Below the pieces are notes generated by a model, which worked only from the letters and a program-made list of their open reading frames with translations, made no database searches and was not told where the DNA came from. A stretch of DNA of 64,000 bases from Lama guanicoe (taxonomy: Eukaryota): contig MU054400.1 of the NCBI GenBank assembly GCA_013239625.1, forward strand, positions 1,223,146-1,287,145, read 5' to 3'. The translations under genes and the position numbers were made by a program. Position 1 is the stretch's first letter; each line of letters starts with the position of its first letter. Positions 1-9,492 of this stretch are shown here, piece after piece.

Positions 1-465
1 GCGGTAGCACATGACTGTATCCTTGGGCCTCACAGTCTGGATGAAGAAGTGCAGCGGGCGCGCGTCGGCAGTGCGAGAGCAGCCGAGCCGTGCGCCGTCG
101 CGGCTGCAGGAGTCAAGGTCCAGCGCGCCTGAGCGGAAGGCCAGGCGGAAGACCTGCTCGCCCTTTTGGTTGCGGATGGAGAAGCCACCGCTTTTGAGGT
201 CCAGCAGCTCGGCACGCAGGCGTTCTGCCTTGCGTAGAGAGGCACTGTAGTAGCACCAGGCTACGATCGCAGCCAACACCAGCAGCAGCCCCAGTACTGC
301 GGAACCCAGCAGGGGCTTCAGATCTTTGGACGGCTTGGGCTTGGTAGGCGAGAAATTGTCAGGCAGGAAGGTGTACATGGCTGTGGCTGCAACGGCCTCG
401 GGGCTCCTACGACTTGTGTGGCGGCGGGGATAGGCCTGGCTCTTCTCCTGAGTGTTCTGGGGCAT
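1..465 (-). CDS. MYORG: Myogenesis-regulating glycosidase (GH31, type II membrane protein), N-terminal 155 codons; ORF continues beyond the window start
   Basis: Minus-strand translation from ATG 465: [124 protein letters not shown]...[16 protein letters not shown]. It matches the MYORG/KIAA1161 N-terminus including the TM helix. Absent from the ORF track because there is no stop in the window. Confidence 0.97.
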   Translation of the reverse strand, partial: MPQNTQEKSQAYPRRHTSRRSPEAVAATAMYTFLPDNFSPTKPKPSKDLKPLLGSAVLGLLLVLAAIVAWCYYSASLRKAERLRAELLDLKSGGFSIRNQKGEQVFRLAFRSGALDLDSCSRDGARLGCSRTADARPLHFFIQTVRPKDTVMCYR

Positions 466-560
466 CAGCCCCCAGTTAAGGAAGAAGCTGGCAGTACGGC
501 CACCTGACAAAGCCCATCTGAACCTGGCCTGCCTGAGTCAGGAAGGGGAAGAGAGAGGTG
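466..560 (-). other. MYORG: MYORG exon 2 5'UTR and splice acceptor region
   Basis: Minus strand cctctctcttccccttcctgactcAG|gcag: polypyrimidine tract with first AG at 534-533. Further candidate AGs at 530-529, 525-524, 519-518 and 505-504. Confidence 0.75.
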
Positions 561-2655
561 GAACTGAGCTTTCTCATTCCATAGTATTTCCATTTGCTGC
601 AGCAAGAAAGAAGCGGTGTATATTTTGGGAAGGTGTATACTCGGGTGTAAGGGCTAGACTCTTACCAGGATGTTCTGTCTGCATCTTACCTACCCTTTCT
701 CATGGGCCCCTCTGCTTGCCAAAATTAGTCAGGACTCTGAAGCAGGAGGGACAGATTGCATGCATCCCTGTTTTCCTGGTAGAGGAACAAACCCAGACAG
801 GGTCAGGGAGCTGTCCAGGATCACAGAATTAATCATGGATCATACATTGGGGCAGTTCAGGCTGAAGAGAAGGAGAGGCACCTGGAAAGAGTCTGGTTTC
901 CTAGAGATGTGGCCATGGTAGGAGAGGGAAGATAAACCATCCAGCTCCCTGAGACCTTTAACAGAGCAGTAGTCCCCAGAGGGGAAGAGGAGAGAGAAAG
1001 GGGAACAGTTCAGGCATGGAATTTAACCTTGAGTCAGAAGCCATATTAAATCTGGAGATAGAGAAGATACTCAAAGCCAGACTCAGTCCTAGGGCCTGGT
1101 TTGTAGAGGGGCAGGATTGGGTTTGGACATTAGGACTGGGGTCAGGAGCCTAGCATGGGGGCTGTGGTGGCTTCTCAGATCTCCCTTTCTTTGCTCTCAA
1201 ACTCCACCCTGCTCTCAGCCATCGATCACCAAATCCATTTCCCTGCTCACCTTCCTGCTCTGCTCTCTGTTACCATATCTGTCAGCCAGCTATCTATCTC
1301 CTGGCTTTGTTTTTACCCACTGTCCTGTTGCCCCTACCCTAGTTAGAGCACTGCCATTTCTCCCTTGTATCTTTGCAGCACATCCCCAAGAGGCCTCACT
1401 GCTTTCAACTTCTTTTCCCCTAATGCCTTAGGCTCACAGCAACCATAGTGATCTTTCTAAAGCACTTATCAGACTACATCTCTCCTAGTTTAGGGAGCTG
1501 CTGACGACCCCCATGATGAAGTTCAGAAGTGTAAGCTTTGCAATTGAGGCTCAAAGCATAACATGACCTTACCTGTCCTTCTGATTCCACTCTAGCCATG
1601 CCTATCCTACGACTACCAAGCTCATTCCTTTCCTAACCTCAATCCTTCAGGCCACCTGCTTTAGAAAATTTCACCCACCTCTCTTGGGCCAACTTCTCTG
1701 CTCTACCTACCAGCTCTCTGGGGATCAGACACCCCCTACTCCACATATACACTCTTACACACTGTTTGCTAAACATTCAGATATGACTGCAGAGAAACAC
1801 AGACTTGGGAGGAGGTCTGTGTCCCAATCTGCTTTTCAAGGCTACTGGCTCTTCTTGTCCCAGCCCTCAGGGCAGAGTCCAACAAAGAAACAGCACCAGC
1901 CAGGTGTATACACAGACATGTACACTGCCAGCCAGCCAGCTGCTCACCTGCTCCAGCTTGGGGGAGGGAGAGAGGGAGACTAGCAAATAGTAATTAGACT
2001 CCTCCCAGATGCCAGTGGCTGTTTCCAAGTCCCCAGCGACTTCCAAGGAGATACCAGAACTGCTCAGGTTTCTTGCCTCCCTGACTTCTCCCATGAGACT
2101 ATCAAGAATGCCCAGTGCAGGTCAGAATTTTGATCCCAGATGTCAATATACAGCTCTCCACAATGCCCCTCCTCCAGGGAGGTGCTATCTCAGGACCTTA
2201 TTCTCTGAGTTCCCTCCCCGCAACTCTCTAAACTGGTCAGTTTCAGCTGGTTTAGAATAATAGCCTTTTATTTCCCTCCTCTTATCCCAAACAACCTAGG
2301 CTTCAAAACTCCTCCATCCAACTAGGTACAGGTTAGAAAATCCCTCCTGAAGAATGCATGCAGTACCCTTTAGCTGATGGCCTTAAGCTGAAGGCCAAAG
2401 AAGGCCTTAGGTGGCCCAGGCCAGACCTGCTGTACATTTACTCAAAACTTTCATATTGAATCAGCCCTTCTCATGACCCTTGGATGGTCACTAAGGTGAT
2501 CTCAAAAGCCTTTTTGAACACTTAGGTTCTGATACTCTTCTAGGATTCTGAAGCTCTTTTCTGAAGGACAAGAACCCACAGGGCCTGTGCTGGTCCCCCT
2601 AATGCCGCCACAACATCCAACCCTAACCTTAATGCTGAACAGGAGGCATAACTGC

Positions 2656-2760
2656 TGTGCCCATTTTACAGATGAGGAAACAGTGGCCCAAACAGAAAAA
2701 GGAACTTGTTTGAAGTCACCCCAGTAGCAAGGTTGCCTGAATCCAAAATCTCAGCTTAAT
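2656..2760 (-). mobile_element. MIR SINE fragment
   Basis: MIR core cccattttacagatgaggaaac. Confidence 0.75.
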
Positions 2761-3551
2761 CCTCCACAGTGTAAGTTTTAGGAATGGGAGATGATGATCT
2801 GACTGGCTATTTGAATGTAGCAGAAGAAAGGAGCTTTGTGGCCAAGAAGATGGGACAGGCTTCCACCAGGCTGGTGTGGACATGGTGAGGCCTATCTTCC
2901 CAAGGGCTAGTGCTGCTTCTTGCTCCAGGAAGGCTACTTGTGGGTAGGAAGTGGCAATTTTAATGGCATCTGGTACCGGAGCTGTGGGGGAGGAATTGTG
3001 GTTCCCGTGTTAACGGTAGTGCTAGAGACCTCTGTAATCTGCCGCCTCCGCCACTGCCCAACCACAGGCTAGTGCTGGCAGGTGGGGTTTGCCCTAGCCA
3101 AGCCTCTCCCTGCTTGACACTCAACCTCAGTCTTGGCTGCCAGTCCCTGGCCAGATCTAATGAGGAGGGCTGGGCCCAGCCCAACTGAGGGGAGGTCATT
3201 CCTTGTTCAGTCGTTTGTCGAACACAGTCCCCGGGGGTAGGGTAGTGGGTGGAAATGTAAAAGGCAACTCGATCTGGCCCAGCTCCCTGTCCTGCCCAGC
3301 GACGGGATCCGGGTCTATCGAGTGACTGCGCCTATAGCCTAGAATACTCCACACCAACCCCCAGCGCTACAGCTATAATGTCCGAAGGGACAGACTGAGG
3401 TCAAAGGGCCGGCCGCCCGCTGGGAACCACGGCCAGAGGAAGGGGCCCAGGTGTCCAGGCTTGCCCCACTTACTCATCTATAGGAGCGAAAAGTTCAGGA
3501 AATGTTCTCCCTCAGCAACCCTCCCAAGGTCTTCCCTCTGGGCTCACTCAC

Positions 3552-3660
3552 GGCAGTGACCCCAGAAGTGGGGGTGAAGGGAGTCTCCCGCAGATCCCCT
3601 CCAAGCTAGCCGAAGTTGAGCTGCCACGGCGCAGCGCGGGTCGCTGCCTAGCTGGGGACA
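3552..3660 (-). other. MYORG: MYORG non-coding exon 1 (5' end approximate)
   Basis: Consensus donor ctgcc|GTGAGT at 3551-3546 inside a CpG-rich region, 3 kb upstream of the coding exon. Confidence 0.7.
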
Positions 3661-3958
3661 GCTGAGTCCCTCCTCGGGCTCCGCCCCCTGGCTGCTCGGC
3701 CACGCCCCGGCCGTTCTGTCTCGCCTCGGGTCTCAGAGTCCTGCTCCGCCCCTGGCTCCCGACCATCCTCCCACATTGTCACGCGGACCTGAGGCCACGC
3801 CTCTTAGCCCCTACCTTCCTCCAGCGCTCTACGCCCAGCTCCGGGCGGCTCAGGCCAGCAGCCAGCCTGGTGCTTTCCGACTCCTCCCCCCCACCTGCAG
3901 GCCCGCCCCCTCTGGGCAGTTGCTTACCCTCATGCGGGCGGGGCTCTGCCCCAGGCCT

Positions 3959-3976
3959 GCTGGGAAATGTAGTTCT
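3959..3976 (-). promoter_or_regulatory. ZNF143/THAP11-type promoter motif (ACTACAnnTCCCA)
   Basis: Plus strand TGGGAAATGTAGT at 3961-3973 reads ACTACATTTCCCA on the minus strand. Confidence 0.7.
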
Positions 3977-5074
3977 GGAGGAAGGTGCAGCTGCCGCCGA
4001 ATGTTTAGGTTTATGCACCTCCAGGCTAAATTGTATGAGAAGGAGCATGCCGCAGGAGAAAAGCTGGCCCTTGGGACTCCTCTTCCTGCAGATTTGGGCA
4101 GGTTGAGGCCTTTTCGGTATAACGCTCTCATTAGCTCTCCAGAAGTTTTCCCACATGGAAAAAGGATAGTGGAATTCTAGGAGGGTCTCAGTAGCTCAAT
4201 GCAGGTCAAATCCAATCGAGGACCTCAAGGAGGGAGTCTAGTTCCACCAGCCGGGAGGCCCAACCTATCGGTTCTCACCAGAGCAGACCAGCAGTGTCTG
4301 AGATCGGAGACTGAGAAGACTGGCTTCTGCTATTGTGCAAGGCCTAACCTCAACCCACTCCCTTTGGTGACAGCCCTTAGAAGTGCCCGCGCTGCGAGGA
4401 TGTGGGGATGCCCTGACATACCCCTGTCCTCAAGAGGCTTGGGGTGCAAAAATACTGGCGATCCTGGAGATTCCAGAACACTCCACTCCTTGCTCCCTCA
4501 GGAACAGAGAAATAGGACTTTATTTCGTAATCTGAAACTTCTTGATCATGAAACCTTTCAAAATTATGTTTAGGAAACCTTGAACTTGGGTGGGGGAGGG
4601 CAGCAAGAGTACTTGAACATGGACTTTTGGGGATGCTGTGATGGAGACTCTGGGAACAGAGATCAAAAGATTTGGGTATAGGGACATGGCTCTGACTGCA
4701 GAATGAAGGATTCTGGGTCCACTGAGATATAGGGGTGAAGGGACATCTAGGTTTGGGGAATATTGGGGAAATAGCTGTAGGGCCTTCCTGGGATGAGAGG
4801 TAGATGGGCCCTCCTGCACAGCTAGGTGGACCCATTATTTTGGGCTCTGGGATGGAAAGGAGGGGGACATTTCCCTTATAAGTCTACTCTTATGTGTCAG
4901 GAGGGCACTGTGGGTCACCTAAGGGAAGTACTGAGATGATATGATGGGAAGGGCTCAGGTAGGATGACTGCCTGCATCTTAGTTGAGGGATCTTGTCAGA
5001 GGCCTGAGTGACTGTCTCATCAATGCCAGATCCTGTTGGGTAAGGACACAGGAGGCAGCCTTTAGGGTGAAGAG

Positions 5075-5084
5075 TTTATTTATT
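5075..5084 (-). terminator. SPMIP6: SPMIP6 polyadenylation signal
   Basis: Overlapping AATAAATAAA on the minus strand, ~35 nt after the alternative-frame stop codon. Confidence 0.85.
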
Positions 5085-5116
5085 GCTCAGCCCCCTTGGC
5101 CCGGCCAGGCCAGGCT

Positions 5117-5222
5117 CTACCAGCAGTGGTAATCAGGATAGGTCTCTGACACAAACTCAGGGTGGACCACATAGTTGTTTCTCTGGGGGCCACCGGTCTT
5201 CTTGAAGTGACTTGTGTCCCAT
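5117..5222 (-). CDS. SPMIP6: SPMIP6 terminal exon 7: 3'UTR for the 262-aa isoform, coding (R)WDTSHFKKTGGPQRNNYVVHPEFVSETYPDYHCW* for the alternative-frame isoform
   Basis: Acceptor ctctccccacAG| at 5224-5223; open frame to TAG 5119-5117; resembles the alternative C-terminus of human C9orf24 isoforms as I recall it. Confidence 0.8.
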
Positions 5223-5540
5223 CTGTGGGGAGAGATGAGTCAGCCCTTTTGGACCCTCATACCTCTGATTCCAATTCTCAAAGCTAAACTTATCCCACAT
5301 TTTGTCCCCAATACTGACCCCAGGCTCCAACGCTGACCTCTTGACCTCAGATTCTACTGTTAAATTTTTATTCCCAATACCCTGCTCCCTAACATTGGCT
5401 TCTTACTTGTTACTTCAAGCCCTGAACCTACGCCCTGATCTCTAGACTTTGAGCTTTACTGCCAACCTGTAACCCCTCAATGCCGTCTCCACTCCCCCTC
5501 ACGGGGTCCTCAGTTGCCAGCTCTGATGTCCCCGTGGTAC

Positions 5541-5558
5541 TGGCGCCCCCTGGTGGCA
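5541..5558 (-). promoter_or_regulatory. CTCF consensus site
   Basis: TGCCACCAGGGGGCGCCA on the minus strand, a near-perfect CTCF core. Confidence 0.8.
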
Positions 5559-5679
5559 CATTCCAGTCAGTGCATCGCAGCGGACGTTTCCCACCCCAAC
5601 TAGTCCCCCGGTCCCCAGCCGCACCAAGGTTACAGCTTCCCTGTGTGTGCTCATATGCCTGTGTGTGCGCCAGACTTAC

Positions 5680-5766
5680 CTAAGGTTCGGACAAGGGTAG
5701 TACGATGGCGGGGGAGTTATAACAGCACATTGCATTCCGGCCCGGTGCTCGCAGGGCGATACACTC
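5680..5766 (-). CDS. SPMIP6: SPMIP6 coding exon 6 (ECIALRAPGRNAMCCYNSPAIVLPLSEP*)
   Basis: Acceptor cttcctcctccAG| at 5768-5767; stop TAG at 5682-5680 directly followed by donor GTAAGT; 87 nt. Confidence 0.92.
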   Translation of the reverse strand, partial: ECIALRAPGRNAMCCYNSPAIVLPLSEP

Positions 5767-6329
5767 CTGGAGGAGGAAGCAGAGGGCAGGATGGAGTTGG
5801 GTGGGTCTTTTGATAACCCTCTATGCCCCAACCCAGACCAAGACTCCCAGTTGCGCTTCAGATGTCAGTCCTACGGTTCGGATATTCTCCCCTCTGGCCT
5901 CCTGGTCCTTCAAGACCCATTGAAGCATCGTCTCTGGGAAGACACCTGGAAGTCCCCCTCCCCGTAAGGCCTCGTTTCTGCCGCCCAGGCTGAGCCGTGG
6001 AGACCGCTGGACTCTGAGGAGGGTAGTTTCCAGTCACTAAGGACCTAGGAGCCACCAGATCCTGCCATGGGACGGCACTTACTCCAGCTCTTACCGATGA
6101 GACGACGTTTCTGAGGCTTAGGCAATTTCTCTGTCCCCCATTCCCTTCTGGGCAATAAACTCCAGTCTCGCACAATGTATCAGGCTCTCAGCCTGGGGAG
6201 GGGCAGAGGTATCACCAAGGGGTTAGTGACAGGGTTCTGGGCCTCCCTCCTCCTTTCACAGCTCTCTAGACGGACGCAGACATTGGAGTTCTCCCAGGCT
6301 CGGCCTGCCTTGTCTAACACCAGGTGCAA

Positions 6330-7250
6330 GAAGGCTGCCGCCTGTTGAGCGCTCGGGCCCCAGATTCGTCGACAATAACACTCGAGACTGTCTACCTCCG
6401 GAGGTGGTGCCTCGCAGGAGGCCAGGGCCCCTCTGGTAATGCGGTCACCAATTCCTCTCTCTCTTAGAACCCGGCGATGACCCTGCCCATTACCAACGGT
6501 GACCCAAGGCCCAGGAATAGAGGACACTGTTCTGAGGACACATGGCACTCCCTAAGCTAGAACCTGCGGCTCCACGGCCGGGTGTCCAGGTAGGGGGCTT
6601 GGCCGGTGGGCATGGAAGGGGATGTAACTGGTGCACGGGGGTTGTTCCTCAAAAAAACCCTCTGGAGGAGGAGAGGTACAGGAGCCCGGTTGACTTTGAG
6701 CGCAATTCGGAGAGGGACAGGGTCGGGAATTCGGGGGAATCTTCGTGCAGGTTCTCTCTTCTCAGCGGTCCGCTCAGACCCTTGGGCCCGAGGGCCGGAT
6801 ACGCAGGCGCCCAGTAAGGGGGCCCCGCGGGCTGGAGGCGGAGTGGGGTCCAGCAAAGAGGCAGGGCAGAGCTAAGAGTGGGGTGGGCTGGAGCACGCGG
6901 GTAGGGCGGGGCCCTGGGGGCGGGGCTCGATTAGGGGCGGGGCCCGGCTACTGCGCGCGCTGCCCCGCGAACCTTACAGTCGGCTGCTCTGCGCACAAAG
7001 GCCGCAGGCGGCGTTCGGTGCACGGTGGCCCGGCGACGCAGTAGTCCATCCCGCGCAGACAGTAGTGGCGGCCCGAGCAAGCGCTTTTATAACCCTGGAA
7101 GGGCAGGCGGCCCGGCAGCGAGTCCACACACCCGCAGCGAGGCGTGATCTGCGGCAGCGGCTGGTTGCGGGACAGCGAGTTCAGCATGTTCACCACTACC
7201 TCTCGCTCTGTGCCCGCGGTCCCCGGGCCCGGGCGGCCCAGACAGAGACA
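6330..7250. promoter_or_regulatory. Intragenic CpG island over SPMIP6 exon 5 with a GC-box triplet
   Basis: Dense CpG; GGGCGGGGC at 6904, 6918 and 6935. Confidence 0.7.
6978..7207 (-). CDS. SPMIP6: SPMIP6 coding exon 5 (EREVVVNMLNSLSRNQPLPQITPRCGCVDSLPGRLPFQGYKSACSGRHYCLRGMDYCVAGPPCTERRLRPLCAEQPT)
   Basis: Acceptor AG at 7209-7208; donor GTAAGG at 6977; 230 nt, phases consistent with neighbouring exons; matches C9orf24 protein. Confidence 0.95.
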
Positions 7251-7437
7251 CAAGGTCATATGACACAGAGTCATGGGAAGAGACAGAGTCAGAGACAGGA
7301 AGAGATGGAGACACAAACAGGGATAGAGACAGGGTTACACCCTCTCCAGGGCCCTCGGTCTCCACCCCCTACCCCGGGTCCCTACCCGCCATCCTTTTGG
7401 CCTATCCGTTCCCCTCCACTGTCCCACCACCCGTTAC

Positions 7438-7513
7438 CGTAGGCGTTGAGTCGCTCCGGCTTAGGAGGGTACACCAAGGGCATTCCTCGAACTACTGTCT
7501 CCATCCCGGCCTC
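7438..7513 (-). CDS. SPMIP6: SPMIP6 coding exon 4 (EAGMETVVRGMPLVYPPKPERLNAY)
   Basis: Acceptor cacttccAG| at 7515-7514; donor GTAACG at 7437; 76 nt. Confidence 0.95.
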
Positions 7514-7663
7514 CTGGAAGTGGCACACACGGTACCTCAAGCTCTGACCCTGGAGAGTTCCTCCTTCTGGAGGTCTTCCCAGAACACCCAGACCAGTCCC
7601 TGGCTGCGCCTTCTCCCGCCCTCCAGATGCTCCCCTGCTCTCCTGCCCTGAGTGTTTGGGCTT

Positions 7664-7676
7664 GTCGCTGGGCAAC
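7664..7676 (-). promoter_or_regulatory. RFX X-box, candidate internal promoter
   Basis: GTTGCCCAGCGAC on the minus strand, ~150 nt upstream of exon 4; forkhead-like GTAAAC (minus) adjacent at ~7680-7685. Confidence 0.6.
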
Positions 7677-7980
7677 GCCGTTTACTCTGCCTACCAGGGA
7701 TTAGGGGTGGAGGTGGGCTGTAGGTGGACCAGGTCTGGACCTGGGCCTCTGACAACCCTGTCTCAGAGTTCGCTTTTGATTTACCTCTGTCTAGCTGACT
7801 CTGTGTAACGGTGTCTCCGTGTCTCTCTACTAGTGGTTTTTCAATATTGCAGTATTGCCTAACTATCAGAATCATTTGGGGAACTGGTGAAAAAATTTTG
7901 ATTCTTGAGGAATTCTAATTCAGAAGGGTTCTGTCAACCCAAGGTCTATCATCAACCTACAGTTAAAAACCCTATTCTTG

Positions 7981-8109
7981 GGGAGCAGGGTATAGTTCAA
8001 GTGGTAGAGTATATGCTTAGCATGCACAAGGTCCTGGGTTCAACCCCCAGTAACTCCTCTAAAAGTAAATAAGTAAATAAACCTAGTTATCTCCCCCACC
8101 AAAATATTT
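7981..8109 (+). mobile_element. Vic-1-type camelid tRNA-derived SINE
   Basis: tRNA-Ala-like head (ggtatagttcaagtggtagagt...ggtcctgggttcaacccccag), aaataagtaaataaacct tail; diverged TSD (13/16) at 7965-7980 and 8111-8126. Confidence 0.85.
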
Positions 8110-8645
8110 AAGAACCCCTAATCTTGCCTGAGATTCTCTCAGATTCCTGCTTTCTTCACACCTGGGTCTGCGGCTGGACTCTTTCCTATCTTCTTGGAAG
8201 ACTCCCCTGTATCTATCTGCACTGCCTCTGGATCGCTTTGTTTCCCCTCCCTTTGTCCTTGTTCACATCACAGAGGGGAGGGAGGAGCAGGTAGACTCAG
8301 CCTATCATTGACTCCTTGGCCAGACCAGCCAGGTGGCAAGCTTCAGGGAGGTAGCTCACCAAGGACTGCACACCAGCCATGTGCCCACAAAGCCGAGCTG
8401 ATATTGGGACTCAGGGGACCCAGTTCCTAAAGATTGGGACCCAGTGGCCCAACACAGCTCCACTCCTGAGCTCCCTTGTTTTCTAGAAAATACAAACCCT
8501 AGTCTCACAAATGGGAAAAAGCATTGGAGCATTGTGAGTGGGAAAGGGCTGAGGAACTAATGGTGAACTATCAGTCATTGTGGTTTGGGGTGGATGGGGG
8601 TGTGTGTCCCAGACCCTAGGCATCTGGGCTGTGCACAGTAGATAC

Positions 8646-8761
8646 CTTAGGCAGCCGGTGAAGGTATGTGGTACATTTGTTCCAGCCGGTGCGGTTGTAC
8701 GGTCCCATCCTCCATGTGTCATACTGGTTACCACACAGGTAGTTTGGGTTGCATTTGTCTG
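8646..8761 (-). CDS. SPMIP6: SPMIP6 coding exon 3 (ADKCNPNYLCGNQYDTWRMGPYNRTGWNKCTTYLHRLPK)
   Basis: Tandem acceptor aAG|cAG at 8763-8759; donor GTATCT at 8645; 116 nt; matches C9orf24. Confidence 0.92.
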
Positions 8762-9204
8762 CTTGATCATAGGGGTAGAGACGTAAGACAGTGTTACTCT
8801 TTATTCTATCTATTTATTCTTAGATGTTTCTCCTCTGATCTCCAGCACAAAGCTGGACTCTCACTGATCTCCCTCAGGCCGGAGAAGCCGAGCGTGGCCC
8901 CACACTTGTCTTAGACACTGAGATGCAGCCCATATCCCATCTAAGGCAAGCTTCTGAGTGGGGTCTGGATCTTTTGAGTTGATCACTTTTCATCCTGGCA
9001 CTACCCTCTCTGAATCAGCCAACCTGGAAACCTTAGAAACAGAGCCTCCTCCCAATTCCTCCCTCTCATCTTCCACATCCAATTTCCAAAGTTTGCTTAT
9101 TTTGCCTCCTTAAAAGCACTTGAATCTATTCCTTCTTCCAGCCCCCCTCCATGATCTCTGCAGCACCCCCCACCCCTGTATCTCTGCAGTGCTTAAACTG
9201 AGAG

Positions 9205-9428
9205 ACAACATGTCATGGTTAATAGAATGGACTCTGCAGACAAACTGCTGTGGTTTAAATTTCAGCTCGGCCAGGTATTAACTGTGTGTGACCTTGACTG
9301 AATTAATTAATTTCACCATGTCTCAGTTCCCTTAATTTTAAAATGGGGATACTATCTACCCCACTGGGTTGTTGTGAGATTTAAATGAGTTAATATTTGT
9401 AAAACACTTAGAACAATGCCTGGAATAT

Positions 9429-9433
<5 letters not shown>
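9205..9433 (+). mobile_element. MIR SINE, near full length
   Basis: tgtgtgaccttg...ctcagttccc...aaaatggggata...ttgttgtgagatttaaatgagttaata...cacttagaacaatgcctgg. Confidence 0.85.

Positions 9434-9490
<57 letters not shown>
9434..9490 (+). repeat. (ATT)19 perfect microsatellite
   Basis: Counted directly; it extends the MIR tail. Confidence 0.95.

Positions 9491-9492
<2 letters not shown>

Larger units (their letters stand above)
3290..4010. promoter_or_regulatory. CpG-island promoter of MYORG
   Basis: High CpG density; GC boxes (CCGCCC at ~3681, ~3746, ~3903; CCACGCCC at ~3700); DR1-like AGGTCAAAGGGCC at 3398-3410. Confidence 0.8.

Noticed and set aside
11..250. Plus-strand and shifted-frame ORFs over MYORG
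   Set aside because: Shadow ORFs of a GC-rich coding exon.
1513..1584. ATGATGA...CTGA spaced like a C/D snoRNA
   Set aside because: No terminal stem, antisense to the host intron, and within L2-like sequence.
7981..8055. tRNA-Ala-like sequences here and at ~13035-13105
   Set aside because: They are SINE heads: A-rich tails, TSDs and broken stems.
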